A stretch of DNA of 64,000 bases from the human T2T-CHM13v2.0 reference genome, Homo sapiens. This document shows positions 24,753-51,220 of this stretch, piece by piece (the stretch's first letter is position 1; every line of letters starts with the position of its first letter). Position numbers and translations under genes: made by a program. A model generated the notes under the pieces. The model ran no database searches and had not been told where the DNA came from. It saw only the letters and a program-made list of their open reading frames with translations. The stretch lies in assembly GCF_009914755.1 (NCBI RefSeq), contig NC_060939.1. One strand, given 5' to 3'.

Positions 24753-25086
24753 TTTCTTTGAAACTGGAATCTGCAGGTACAGGTATTCTTTAATCATTAT
24801 TGGATCATCTAAAGTAGAAGCTGTCCTGAGGAAGAGGAAGCTTTTGATCTTAATACTAGTATCTATATAAAATGGTGTGGATGAACAATCATCTAAAATC
24901 AATCTATTTTAAATAGGAATTTCCTCCTGAAAAGTTTCTTACTTGCTACCTACTACCCACAAAGGACTGATATGGTACAGTACCGGGATTGTTCAACTTT
25001 AGCAAAGATCTCCAATGCATTCTTCTTCTCATCACATCTGTCAGAATCTGCTAACAGTACAAGAAAACAGACACCTATGAAATCAT

Positions 25087-25267
25087 CTAACCTGCTAGCA
25101 TGTCCTTTAGACAGCAACCTGTCTGAGGGTCCTTCAGAAGCACATTTACAATTTCATAAAACTTGTGTTCGTATGCCAACTTGTAATACAGGTAAACATC
25201 TTCACAATATGTGAGTAATTTCTTCAGGTTTTCCATGACCATGTCAGTAGGCTGATGTTGTTTATAT
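25087..25267 (-). CDS. SPG11: spatacsin exon 40, terminal coding part (181 nt)
   Basis: AG acceptor at 25268-9; YKQHQPTDMVMENLKKLLTYCEDVYLYYKLAYEHKFYEIVNVLLKDPQTGCCLKDMLAG*. Confidence 0.96.
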
Positions 25268-25304
25268 CTAGATAAAGAAACATAATGTACAGGTTAAGAT
25301 ACTG

Positions 25305-26258
<954 letters not shown>

Positions 26259-26512
26259 AGTGTTTTAGGTTTTTGGCACTGAGTAGCTATCCTCCCATTT
26301 TAAAGTACAAAGCACTATGAGCAAACTGTTCTTGTTGATCTCTTTGCATAAATCTGTTAAAAGACTTCCTTCTAAGGATTCTTGATACTGCTTTGCCATT
26401 TTAAGTAGAGGTAATCTAAAGGCATGGTGTACTTAGCCATAAAATTCTTACACTTGTCTCACCTCAAAGCAGAGGCAAGGAGCAATGTTTACAGTCAACT
26501 TTTAATACTTAC

Positions 26513-26664
26513 TTTTTGGAAATCTCTTCAAATATACTGGACTTTAATAACCTTTGCTGCTTAAATTCTTCCAAGTAATTAAAGTCTCCTTTAAGAATCA
26601 CTTGCTGGTATAAAATTTCAGCCCAATCTGGAACAAAATCGTAGGCCTCAGCCACAATAGAAGC
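26513..26664 (-). CDS. SPG11: spatacsin exon 39 (152 nt)
   Basis: AG/GTAAGT boundaries; ASIVAEAYDFVPDWAEILYQQVILKGDFNYLEEFKQQRLLKSSIFEEISK. Confidence 0.96.
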
Positions 26665-27246
26665 CTTAAAAGGAGAGGTGAAGAAGGACACCATCAGAGC
26701 CCATCTGATGTAAAATCAAAAACAAACTGTTGTAGAAAACAATACTGTATACTCACTCATGTAGTGAATATGATCATTACCAATTATGTTAAAAGGCTCT
26801 ATGTATCAGAGGTGGTGAAAAGTCAGGTGTGTGTTTGGCATTTTCCCTCTCATAAATCCCCAAATTATCTTAAACCCTTTTTTAAAAAAGACAGGGTCTC
26901 ACTATGTTGCCCAGGCTGGACCAGAAATTCCTGGGCTCAAGATCCTCCCGCCTCAGCCTCCTGCATATCTGGGACTACAGGTATATGCCACCATGCCTAG
27001 CTTCTTTCAGTGTTTTTAATCTTCCTCACAATGAATTGAAACTGCTAAGAATATATTATTCCCATTAGCAGTATGAGGAACAGTGAAAGGGCTGATTCCC
27101 TGATAATCCACTTCTTTAAAGGGCTAGAACCAATCTCCCTGACTTGCTGTACTAACCTGAGTGTGCCATTCTGTAACTGCTGGGGCTAGGAGGTTCTTGC
27201 AGGACCACCAGCAAGAGTATTACTCTGAACCTCAACTGTCTTAAGG

Positions 27247-27551
27247 CAGTGGTCCCCAACCTTTTTGGCATCAGTGACAGGTTCCCTGGAGGACAATTTT
27301 TCCACAGACTGGGAGGGGATGGTTTCGGGATGAAAATGTTCCACCTCAGATCATCAGGCATTAGATTTTCATAAGAAGCCCTTGCATGTGCAGTTCACAA
27401 CAGGGTTCATGCTCCTATAAAAATATAGTCCTGTCACTGATCTGACAGGAGATGGTGTGCAGGCAGTAATGCTTGCTTGCCCAGTGCTCACTTGCTGTGC
27501 GGCCTGGTTCCTAGCAGGCCATGGGCCAGTACCAGTCTGCAGCCTGGGGTT
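27247..27551 (+). mobile_element. MER1-type (hAT-Charlie) DNA transposon
   Basis: cagtggtccccaacctttttggca...cctcagatcatcaggcattagatt...gcagttcacaacagggttc. Confidence 0.8.
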
Positions 27552-27819
27552 AAAGGGCCAAAGGTGTCTGCCTCTCTGCTGGCCTAACAGCACAGGAAAG
27601 GGAGACAGCACTGTCTTACCATTCTCTAACCTCTGCCCAACAATATACTAGAGAGAAATACATCAAATTGCCGTTCTATGTTGGTATCAGAGAGTTAAAT
27701 CAGAACTGTACTGTCCTGGTTCTGTCACTAGCCCTGAGACCTTACCTCTGGGTTCCATGAGTGGGACAGAAGGAGAGAGGATGCTAGCAGTGCTGGCTAC
27801 AGTTTGCTTTCTTGCTCAC

Positions 27820-27975
27820 CTGGTAGAACCGAGGTAGGGCCAGAATACAGTCCATCAGCTTGTGGCGGCCCAAGTTGATGAGCATTGTGTTCTGGCCAGT
27901 GTTCAGAAAGTGAATCTGCAGAGTTATCAACTTGGTGAGCCGCTGACAGTGCTGGGCCTGTCGCACACAGGAGTC
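27820..27975 (-). CDS. SPG11: spatacsin exon 38 (156 nt)
   Basis: AG/GTGAGC; DSCVRQAQHCQRLTKLITLQIHFLNTGQNTMLINLGRHKLMDCILALPRFYQ. Confidence 0.96.
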
Positions 27976-28182
27976 CTGAGGAACAAGGGTGGAGAGGCAC
28001 AGTAGAGAAAGACCTAGTTGTCACCTCCTGTGTGAACCCTCACAACGGTATTCACCCCTTCTGTTCCTGGTTGGCCTATGATGCCCTCCCGCTTCACCTG
28101 GAAAGAGCCCAAGGACAAAAGAAAATAATTTTACTGCAGACAGCAAGTCCCAAGGCCAGTCTGAAAAAAGCCTTTGGGTTAC

Positions 28183-28271
28183 CTTGGCATAACTCTCTGC
28201 TGCATCCAACATCAGAGTCAGGGCCTTCAGCAGCAGTTGTTTCAGCTGGTGCCCATCCTTGAGGCTGTCCT
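28183..28271 (-). CDS. SPG11: spatacsin exon 37 (89 nt)
   Basis: AG/GTAACC; (E)DSLKDGHQLKQLLLKALTLMLDAAESYAK. Confidence 0.95.
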
Positions 28272-28684
28272 CTGTAGGGGAAATAAAGAAGATTTGCCGA
28301 GTCTGACTCCCAAAGCTCACTGTTCTCATCCCACTCATTGTGATCGTGGCTAGAATAGAAACATCCCAGCCATGTTCACAGGCAGGCAGGAACACCTCAC
28401 TCAGATAAAGGTTATTGGGCCAGAAATGCATACGCTTATTGTAACTTCACTCCGCAGTAGGATTCAGTGCCCCTTCTAATGCCTCATTTCTCCAAAACAT
28501 CAAGGAAGGCTTACATGGTATCAACGTGCATGTTGGTTCCTGGTGGATGATACCCTGGATATATAGGCTATAGATCCAAGAGTACAATCCTAAATTGCAC
28601 ATGCCTTCAAAGTCTCCATTCCATCTGTCTGCCCAAGTGGGGGTCCTGCTGAGCGACATACCCACCTCAACATTCTTTTTTTGA

Positions 28685-28984
<300 letters not shown>

Positions 28985-29138
28985 TAATAGCCCATCTCAT
29001 GGGCTCTTGTCCTTTGCTGTAAGAATTTTATCGAGGGCCGGGCATGGTGGCTCACACCTGTAATCCCAGCACTTTGGGAGGCCAACGTGGGCAGTTCACC
29101 AGGTCAGGAGTTCAAGACCAGCCTGGCCAACATAGTCA

Positions 29139-29339
<201 letters not shown>

Positions 29340-29389
29340 TTACCTAGCTAGCAGCACTGTTCTGGTAGTGTGGCTGTGACCTCACTCAC

Positions 29390-29558
29390 CCCAGGGCTGA
29401 GACTCAATCAATTTCAGTTGGATGCGGGCAGCTGCCTCGTGGTTCTCGCCAATCTCCCGGCACATGCTGAAGCACAGGGCAATCATATTGTGCTTTTCAC
29501 TGTCTCCAGGACGGCAGCGTTTGATGTAGTCCAGCAGGGCTGTTTTCAGGGTACCACT
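29390..29558 (-). CDS. SPG11: spatacsin exon 36 (169 nt)
   Basis: AG/GTGAGT; SGTLKTALLDYIKRCRPGDSEKHNMIALCFSMCREIGENHEAAARIQLKLIESQPW. Confidence 0.96.
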
Positions 29559-31363
29559 CTGCCCAGAATAAAAGGGAAAAAGCAAGGTGTCAGTCAGGGA
29601 CTGCAAGGCAGACAGGACTAGCTGAGTCACCTTGTTCTGCATTCCTTAAAAACTCCCAAGAAGAAGAGGAGCAAAAATGAGAATAAATACAAGTTTTATG
29701 CTGTCCCAAGTATGAGGAAACAGGCATGTGTGCTTTCCTGTTGGAAGTGTGAAAGGCAAAACTTTTTCTAAAGGGAGAAACCTTAAAAATACACCCGCAT
29801 AAGCTGATCTAACAATTCCATTTCTAGGAATCTGTCCCTAAAGAGATAAGCAGAGAAAAGTGCTAAGATGAATGTAACAGGGATATTTAATAGCAAACAA
29901 TGAGAAACAATCCAGATGTCCAAAATAAGGGGAAGAGAATACCATGTAGCCATTAAAACTTATGTAGGAGGATGATTTGTTGATTTGGGAAATAGTCATG
30001 ATATACTTTGTTAAGTGAGAAAAGCAGGATATTTCATCTCTTCACTGTATAAGTTTTATTAAAATAATTATATATAGATGTTTTCAGGTACATGTGCAAA
30101 GAAGGCCTATACCAAATTGTTAGTGACTGTCTCCAGATGGATAGACACTGAGGGCTTTTTCTGTGTTGTTCTGTTTTCCAAGTGTCTTACCTGGAATATG
30201 CATTACTTTTGTAATCAGGAAAAAGTTATTAAAATATTTAAATGCAGAAGGAAAACTGCCTCAAAAACAGTTTTAAAAACCCTTGGGGGATCTTGAAGAT
30301 GCACCTATGTCCAGGACTTGCTCCTCACTTGATGACTAGATTGGTCTGTCCTGAAATTGGCCCAATATTAAAGAGAGATTTTTTTCTGCTTTCTCTCTTA
30401 ATCCTGCCTGGCTGGGCCCATGTTCCCAGAAGCCAAAGGTGAAATGAGCAGAAGCAATGAATCATCCAAATGTTCTGGAAACAGGTACTGTGAGGAGTAT
30501 GCTCGGTGTCACAGAGGACACTGAGGACACACGGGCTTGCAGAGCCCAAGACTTAAACAAGTCAGGCCTTTGCTTCCAAGCCGCCTTCCTGTTCATCATC
30601 ATAAATGGCTCCACAGCTTTTTGGTCTAAACTTTTGTGTTTGATTCCCAACCTGGCTCTTAGCAGCACAATTTTTCACAGTCTCCTGAAAACTCTCCACT
30701 CTAAAAGCCCTCAAACAACCTCAGAGCTAGACAATCCACTTTCAGCCTGGCTCAGGGTTTTTGCCCCTGCCAGAGAAGGCATTTAAGACAGTAGAGGCAG
30801 GAGACAGAGGCTGAGGTGGAGGAGGACAAACTTATTTTCTTCAGTATTTAGCATCGGCTGGGCACGGTGGCTCATGCCTGTAATCCCAGCATTTTGGGAG
30901 GCTGAGATGGGTGGATCACCTGAGGTCGGGAGTTCAAGACTAGCCTGACCAACATGGATAAACCCCATCTCTACTAAAAACAAAAATTAGCCGGGCGTGG
31001 TGGTGCATGCCTGTAATCCCAGCTACTTGGGAGGCTGAGACAGGAGAATCACTTGAACCTGGGGGGCGGATGTTGCGCCGAGATCACGCCATTTGCACTC
31101 CAGCCTGAGAAACGAGCGAAACTCCGTCTCAAAAAAAAAAAAAAGAAAAAGAAAAAAAAAATATATGGCATCAGCATATTCACGGACTGATCTGAACCAG
31201 AATCTGAAGCCACTGGTGACAGTGTATGTCTTGGGGAGGTCCCTAATTCCTTCCCTCCATTTTCCCAAGAGTCTACCCTGACTGAGATTATTCCTGAGAA
31301 AAGCTGAGGCTCCTGAATTATCAGCAGTACACCCCATCCTGGAGCTCATTACTTTGCACCTAC

Positions 31364-31471
31364 CGGATCCAACTTCTTCCTCATTAGCACTTCAAAGTAG
31401 TGCTTTTTATGCAGCAAATCAAATATGTATGTCATCTCGTTGTACCTTCCAATGCCAGTGAGGAGCCGTAC
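31364..31471 (-). CDS. SPG11: spatacsin exon 35 (108 nt)
   Basis: AG/GTAGGT; VRLLTGIGRYNEMTYIFDLLHKKHYFEVLMRKKLDP. Confidence 0.96.
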
Positions 31472-31527
31472 CTGTGAAGTGGGAGGACAGCTCGCATCAG
31501 CATCACCTGGAGTCTGGAGTTCTCTGA

Positions 31528-31983
<456 letters not shown>

Positions 31984-32490
31984 TAAATGTGACTCTCAAG
32001 TGCTAAAGTGCCATTCTCCTGGGCAGGCACTCTTCCTCTTTTCACCACTACTCATGACAGTGGCCCAGTAGCTTGCTCAGCCACTCAGGTCAGTTTCAAG
32101 CCCAGAGAATTTAGGGAGGCACATGGGAACTGAGTTGCCGACTTACTTCAATTCAGAGATGGGGGGAAGGTCCAAACCTTGTTTTGGGGAAAAATGCAGC
32201 TGTCTTAGCCCTCTATCTAGAAAAGTTAACTGCCCTGACTAGGGGGTGGGATGGCCCTGGAACCTGGGAGGGATCTTCTCCCTTTCGCTCCTTTGGAGCA
32301 ACCTCTGATTCTGACAGAAATGATAACTTGGAGCAGAGGGTTGGGCTGCCCAGCCAACTCTCAAGTAGGTAGTGGTATCCAGATGGGCAGAACCCCCTAC
32401 GACTACATCAGCTCTGGGCTGGCTCCCACCCTTTCTACTACTCTCAAAGGTTTCCACAGGATGGAGACTGGGGTTGAGGGGGCTACTTAC

Positions 32491-32624
32491 CACCAGCCCA
32501 TACTCCTCACTGGGGGCCAGGTGGTTATCTGTGAGCATGTGGGCGGCCTGTAGGACTCGGATGATGCCCTCCATGTGGCACGTCAGGGTGAAGCAATGAT
32601 GGGCCAGGATCAGGAGCTCTGTGG
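32491..32624 (-). CDS. SPG11: spatacsin exon 34 (134 nt)
   Basis: AG/GTAAGT; TELLILAHHCFTLTCHMEGIIRVLQAAHMLTDNHLAPSEEYGLV. Confidence 0.96.
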
Positions 32625-33452
32625 CTGGGAGGGTGGGCACTGGTAAGATAAGATTATGAACCCTGGCTGCCCACTGTCAACCTCTGCCTGGCAGGAGGGA
32701 AAAAGGGCCTGGTGGAGAAGGGGCCTGTCTGGAGAGGGCCGTCCCATCAGCCCTCCGAAGTCCCTGAACTTAGCAGCTGTAGCTTTGAGACAGCCCCTTG
32801 ATGACATCCAAATCATTCTCTCAGTCATGGCACAATCCTCAAAGACAATCATGTAGTGACTGTTTCCCCAAAAGGCCCCCAAAATGAGAACACAGCACCC
32901 TCGCCTTCTAAACATGGAGAAACTTTCTGCAGACAAACTGATGGAGTTCCTGCCAACATGAATCCAAGGGCATTCTCTGCTTGTATCCCAGCAAAAGGTC
33001 TCAGGGCCTAATCAAGTGCCATTTGGTGTTCTGGCTTTCTAGAGTAGTGAAAGTCTGACATGTACAGATTTAAAAATACTACAATCACTGTAAGCACAAT
33101 GAAAAGGCAAACTGGGAAAAACACCTGCAATGTGAGGACTGAAGAAGGTTCTCCATCCTTAAAACATGCTGTAGCCTCTGGGCTTTTGCATCTGCAGGGC
33201 CCTCTCCAGTCCTACTGACTCCTAAGCATCCCTGACAATGAATCCTTCAGGCCTTCGTTTGGACATTTCGTCCAGAACTCTATCTTGACCCCATCATTCT
33301 GGCTCTTACTGTGTATTAAGACCCTAGTCTGAGCTCCAGGAATTGCTTATACACCATATCCTAGATGCTTATAGTGTCTGGCACAAAGTTGGCACTCAGT
33401 AAATACTGTTGAACTGGACCGAGAAGAGATAGAGAAGGCTATTTTTATTTAA

Positions 33453-33668
<216 letters not shown>

Positions 33669-33746
33669 TAGCCAGGATGATCTCGATCTCCTGACCTCAT
33701 GATCCACCCGCCTCGGCCTCCCAAAGTGCTGGGATTACAGGCTTGA

Positions 33747-33929
<183 letters not shown>

Positions 33930-34292
33930 TAAAAATATTTTTAGAGACAGGGTCTCACTATGTTGCCCAGATTGGTCTCAGACTCCTAGTCTCTAATTAT
34001 CCTCTGCCCTCGGCCTCTCAAAAGCATTGGGATTACAGGCGTGGGCCACTGTTCCCCATTCTAATATACAGTTTTTCATTATATATAAGAAATCTGTGTA
34101 ACCATTAGAAGTTATATAGAAGAATATTCAATGCCATGAAAAATGTTAATGACAGCATATTCATAAAGTAAAAAAATTATAAACTATACAGAGTATAATG
34201 TCATTTTTTAAAAAAGAGAACTTATCACACATTCTAATGAAGGCCTATAATGAGTTAGACATTATGGAAAATAAACAGGCTTTGAATCCATG

Positions 34293-34627
34293 GACTGGGT
34301 TCAAATACCAGCTCTGCCACTTAACAGATGTAATCAGCTTTCCTAAGGTAAAGTTTGTCTCCCTTCTAGGGGACAATAACGTTCTCTTTGCAGGGCAATA
34401 TAAGAGTGAAATAAGTATGTTGAGTAAAGGTTACCTTTTTGTATGATTTTAAATTTGGGGGTACTCATCCATAATTTCTAAATTTTCTTCAGTGAAGTTA
34501 AGGCTTTCTACCAAGAACTTATAACTCCTGCTGGAGGGCTAGGCATCCAGAGCAGGAACAGGGACCCAAATCAAGTTTTGGAGAGACTGGGAGACCTTTT
34601 GAGACCTGTTTAGGGCCAAAATATGTA
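34293..34627 (+). repeat. local duplication copy B (MIR-like 5' part + non-MIR core)
   Basis: aligns to 22506-22849; ungapped 103-nt block at offset 11774 with 8 mismatches. Confidence 0.9.
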
Positions 34628-34648
34628 AGAAAAAGGTCAATAACTTAC

Positions 34649-34786
34649 TGCAAGACAGTTCCCCATGGGGAACGGAGGAAATCTTATCCAACAACTTCAT
34701 GCCTACCAATGTGCGGTCTTGACACAGAGTGGTCAGCTGAAGAAATGTCTGGCTTTCCTCTGTTGGGTTGAACATCTGCTTATGTC
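34649..34786 (-). CDS. SPG11: spatacsin exon 33 (138 nt)
   Basis: AG/GTAAGT; HKQMFNPTEESQTFLQLTTLCQDRTLVGMKLLDKISSVPHGELSC. Confidence 0.96.
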
Positions 34787-34907
34787 CTGTACAGAGAGGT
34801 GTGAAGACAGGTGCTGGTTTTATCTAAGAGAGGCCCACTCTGCCCAGGCTTAGGCACCAGGAGGTAATGCTTATGGAGCTCTGCAGCTCTCCGCTTGCTG
34901 AGCTTGA

Positions 34908-35132
<225 letters not shown>

Positions 35133-35512
35133 TAGTAGAGGCGGGTTTCACTGTGTTAGCCAGGATGGTCTCTATCTCCTGACCTCGTGATCTGCCAGCC
35201 TTGGCCTCCCAAAGTGCTGGGATTACAGGCGTGAGCCACCGCGCCCGGCCAGGACAGTTCTTTAGCTCAGAAAGCCACAGCTACTCCCAGTGTAATCATA
35301 AAACAATAAAAAGCAACAGCATGTATTTTGTACATGTATTTTGTAAAAAATAAAGCATGTATTTTGTTTTATTTAAACAAAATACATTACTGCAATCCAG
35401 AAACTTGAGAGAACCACATACAGGATGTATATAAGCACAACATCCAAATCCTTAACACTGGGAACTAGAGAATGCTGTCAGAGAGGTTGGGAATCCCCGG
35501 GGGGTAGGGCAC

Positions 35513-35711
35513 CTGTTCCCTGTGATGAAGTAAGCAGCTCCCGTGTCACCTCTTCTGCCACGAGTTCAGCCACAGTATCTGGCTTAAGGCCCTGTGTGCT
35601 GATGAAGGCCTGGGCTCGTTTGCATCGGTCAGGCTGCTGAGAGGCCAAGATTTTCCGGAGCATGGCTTCACCATCCTGAGCAGCAACATCTGTGTAGGAA
35701 CAGCCCAACTC
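35513..35711 (-). CDS. SPG11: spatacsin exon 32 (199 nt)
   Basis: AG acceptor, weak donor CAG|GTGCCC; ELGCSYTDVAAQDGEAMLRKILASQQPDRCKRAQAFISTQGLKPDTVAELVAEEVTRELLTSSQGT. Confidence 0.94.
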
Positions 35712-35871
35712 CTGAGAGGAAGACAAAGCCAGTCAAGGCCACTTTTAGAAGCCAGGAAAAAGCAAAAGAGCCCTTTCTGAAATCTGATGTGGACAGACTC
35801 CACTGTATTCTGAGCTTACAGACTCCTCACCCTCAGCAGGAACCTTAGAAAAAGCAAGTACTGTTTTCTAA

Positions 35872-36276
<405 letters not shown>

Positions 36277-36867
36277 TAAAAATATTATGAAATGTAAGAA
36301 CACCGACTAAAATACGAGAGCCTTTATTATTCCCAGAGCAGCAGCAAAACCCTCAATTTCCAAAGAAGTCTTTGAGTCTTCTCCAAGACGAGGGCTTTAG
36401 GGTTTGGCTTTATTTCTCTTGTGCTCTTCTACTTCCAGTCTACTGTTTTTCTCCCCCAAGCAGCGCAAAGGTACAGACGATTTCTGCTTCCTCTGGCTCT
36501 TGTCTTTATAGTCATCACATTCCATATGGAATGCTCCACACAATCATAATGCAAAACCCAAGATATTAAGTCTAGAAGAGACCCTCATGGTCAAATCATC
36601 ATTTATAGATGACGAAACAGGGGCCCACAGCCCTAGCTTTCTGGTTTGCTGAGCTGCAGCCAGGAGTCAGATCGCCCTGGCACCTGGCCTGGTGTCCTCC
36701 CCACCATTCCCCAAAGATAAAATTATGAGGGCCAACATCCTGATAAGAGCTCTACTCCCAGGTCATGATTATCATCTAAAAGGCTGACTTGGCAATGTCC
36801 AAAATCAACCTCAAACTTCTCATTTCCCTCCCTCTCAGAAAGAGGAGCCCCACCCCTTGGCACATAC

Positions 36868-37007
36868 CTTGGCAAGATCATACAGACAGAGGACCTGTCG
36901 ACAGTAGTTCTTCCCATGGAGGCATTTGCTTGTCAGCACTTCCAGGTTAGTTACCACTTCATTACTGGAGGGCACTGTCACAAACTTCTGACTATCCAGA
37001 CTTGAAG
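36868..37007 (-). CDS. SPG11: spatacsin exon 31 (140 nt)
   Basis: AG/GTATGT; SSLDSQKFVTVPSSNEVVTNLEVLTSKCLHGKNYCRQVLCLYDLAK. Confidence 0.95.
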
Positions 37008-37373
37008 CTGGAAGCAAATACAAGTCTGAGGGGCTCTAAGCTGGGAGGTTCTGGCCTCTCCCTAGCTCTCTATGGCTCTACCTCTCTGCTTGAAGCTCCC
37101 TGCACTGCACTCCCATTACTCTGACTGGGGATAGGACCACTGCTGACAGGGCCCCACCTCAACTTCTTTCATTGCCCTCTTCCAGGAAATCCCACCCTGG
37201 GATACTTCAAAGACCTCATATGCTACAAAGATCAAGGCCACCTAATGAGTGCTCTAGAGATCAGCACCAAAGATGCTTGCCAGAGTCTTCTCTATATGTC
37301 CTCCCTCCTGTATCAAATAAGTCACCAAGTATAGCTGACTATCTCCATAACATCTCTCCAGTTGTGGCCTTAG

Positions 37374-45530
<8,157 letters not shown>

Positions 45531-45781
45531 GTAGAATAAATTTCAGTGAACTAGCTACAAATCAGATAGATTCCCTTTAACTTTGAAACATAGCTAGTTT
45601 AAAAGACATAGATCTTTCTATTTCATTGCCTAGTTAATTGGCTAGTCTACAGATTACCTGGAAAAAAGTTGTTGTCCCCTTAACTTGGTAGAACTATTCT
45701 GCCACAAGGGTCCCTTCCTTCTTGGAGACAGTGCTAACAGTGCCATTTAAGACTCTGGGCCATCTGATCTCCTTCACTTAC

Positions 45782-46526
45782 TGCTGTGGACTCTCCTTAG
45801 GGGAATGTCGGGTGCTTCTTCCTCAAGCAGCTCAGCACTTTGTAGGAGAGCATGGATCTCTGGGTGCAGATCCTCCATACTAGCTTCCCCTGAGGCCAGT
45901 GCTCTGCAGTGCAATACCAAGGCGACATCTGGATTATAAAAATGAAAATACCGGCATACTCTACTTGCTTCATGCACACAGCCATCATCCAGTAGGCGCC
46001 CAATCAAAAAGTTTAGTGACTCCTGCTCTTTCCAATCCAATCTATTCTCGCATGTCTCTTTGGATGGAAGGCTGTTAAGTTCTAAGTATTTTGATGTGTT
46101 CAGAGCAGCCAACTTGGAGAAGGAAAACTCACTGGCTAAACTATCAAAGGAAAGTTCACCACTAGTTGAGATCTGTCGAGAAAATCTGGGCTCTGTTTCC
46201 TCCTGATTTCTTCCAAGAGTGTGCTGGGTGATGCGGCACAGCCAGATCTGCTTCTCCAGCTCCTCCAGCTTATCCAAGGGCACCACGTCCTCCTGGGCAA
46301 GCCAGTGCCCTGCCAAGGTGAGCAGCAGATGGCGCTCCTCCATGCTGCTCCATCCAGTTGGGTGCTCACATGCCACATGGGCCTGGGTTGAGAAAAAGGA
46401 AGAAGCTGCTTTGCTTGAAATTGAATTTTTCTTAAAATTCTCATGGCATTTTTTCCAGAAGTCAATTCTTGCTTGTTTTAGTGACCACTGTTCAATGTGT
46501 TTTAGGGTCTGCATTTCCTGTGTTAT
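45782..46526 (-). CDS. SPG11: spatacsin exon 30 (745 nt, unusually long internal exon)
   Basis: matches the 246-aa ORF 45774..46514; ITQEMQTLKHIEQWSLKQARIDFWKKC...APDIPLRRVHS; AG/GTAAGT. Confidence 0.97.
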
Positions 46527-46588
46527 CTGTGAAATTTAACAAAGCAGATTTTAGCCTTTCTTGGATAAAAAAGTATCATAAATGCTAA

Positions 46589-49689
<3,101 letters not shown>

Positions 49690-50399
49690 CGTATTCCTGT
49701 TCTCTAAGCAAATAAATGTTAAATACGCACACATAGTAACACAATTTCTAAAAATATAAAAAATTATAGAATAAAACTATTATAGTCATGTTTAACAATG
49801 TAGTCAATTCTTATAATTATTCAAAGATAGATTATGGCAAACAACAGGAAATTCATTTTTGAAAAAAATTATTACTACAGATCAATGAAAACACCTATAT
49901 GTTAAAAGGACTTATCATTTGGTCTGCACAGTAACTGGTAAGTGCCATCTTATATCCACTACATTTTGGAAACACCTCTTTTTCCTTTTAGTCATCAGAT
50001 CCACAGCCTGCAACAACTGGCTCTGAGCTCAGGATTCTGTCAGTGTTCTGTGCAAATCTGAGCTCTCCAGCTGAACATCTGTGAGTTTAAATGTGAGAAA
50101 ATAACCCTAGTAGCCAAACTGTCAGAATATAGTATAAAAGAACAACATTATCATTCAATAAAAAACTTGAAATTATCAAACAAGTGGAAAAGATAGTAAG
50201 GCAATATTTGTTTGAGTCAATCAGCAACAAGTTTAGAGACTGCCAACATCTTGAGGAATCTGCAAAAAAAAAAACAAACAAAAAAACAAGCACAATTTTC
50301 TCTGAAACTTTAAAAATGAATTGTGCATTTCTGAAATAGGGTTTGTGACCCTGAGCAATGCTAAGGTTACTTGCCATAGAGAAGAAGATAGTGACAGGG

Positions 50400-50945
50400 T
50401 GTGGGAGTTAAGTCAGGGTGGTGGGAAAAATTGTAGAGGAAAAACTATAATAGTTATAGGAAATATTATATAAGAATAATTATATACTAATATAGGAAAA
50501 ATTATATAAGATAGTTATAGGAAATAAACACAAACCTTCTCAGAAGGCTGGGCCGTTTGCATAGCTTCAGTGACAGATTTGGCTGAAGGCAGCCTAATCC
50601 TCTTTACCTTTAGTTGATAGCAAAAAAGCAAATAACAAGGGAATGTGGGGAAGTATATCTAAATAGCTTGTTTACTCATGTGGTCCTAAGACCAACCTTT
50701 GATCAACCGCGGGTACATAATTGCTCTCTACTCAGGGGATCGGCAATGTTAATTACCGTCTAATGGTGTTTACTCAAAACCTTTGCCATTTAATCTGTAC
50801 TAAATAAATGCAAACTTTGCCAGCTTATGAAGCAATGCTCCAGACTCAGAGCAGAGCCCCTTAGCTGGACTGACAGGCAAAATATCTCTGTCAGTGTATG
50901 TCTTGATCTGTTGCTAGGTCAGCGTCTGTGGGTTGGACCCCCACA
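50400..50945 (+). mobile_element. solo ERVK-class LTR, LTR22 (HML-5)-like
   Basis: TGTGGG...CCCACA inverted termini; 6-bp TSD acaggg at 50394-50399 and 50946-50951; AATAAA at 50803; agtcagggtggtgggaaaaatt and cacaaaccttc recall LTR22. Confidence 0.85.
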
Positions 50946-51220
50946 ACAGGGTAATGTAGAAGCCAGCCAGGAGGAAATGTGGCTATTTGGTAACTGCTTA
51001 GAATGAGATGATTGGTTATATCATTTATGTTTTATGCTGTTGTATTATTTCTTGAATATTTTAACCACAATTTAAAGTTCTCTGTAACTTGTTTACTCCC
51101 AGTTGTAGACTGTAAGTTAATGTTACATGCATTTTAATTTCCTAACTACCCCTCTAAAGTATTTTCAAGATTAAGAAAGCTAACTTCTTAATAGCAACTT
51201 AACTGTAAGGATTGTCTTAC

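Larger units (their letters stand above)
23116..24770 (+). other. EIF3J: EIF3J 3' UTR (longest form; end approximate)
   Basis: Alu-free AT-rich sequence after the stop; poly(A) hexamers AATAAA 24028, 24143, 24599 and ATTAAA 24747. Confidence 0.75.
24660..25086 (-). other. SPG11: SPG11 3' UTR (end approximate)
   Basis: between the TAG stop (25087-25089) and the expected cleavage site ~20 nt past AATAAA. Confidence 0.75.

Noticed and set aside
28021-28431. ORF-track proteins longer than the exons they contain (also 32239-32640, 47458-47880, 60441-60830)
   Set aside because: SPG11 exons with chance open intronic flanks; splice sites define the real boundaries
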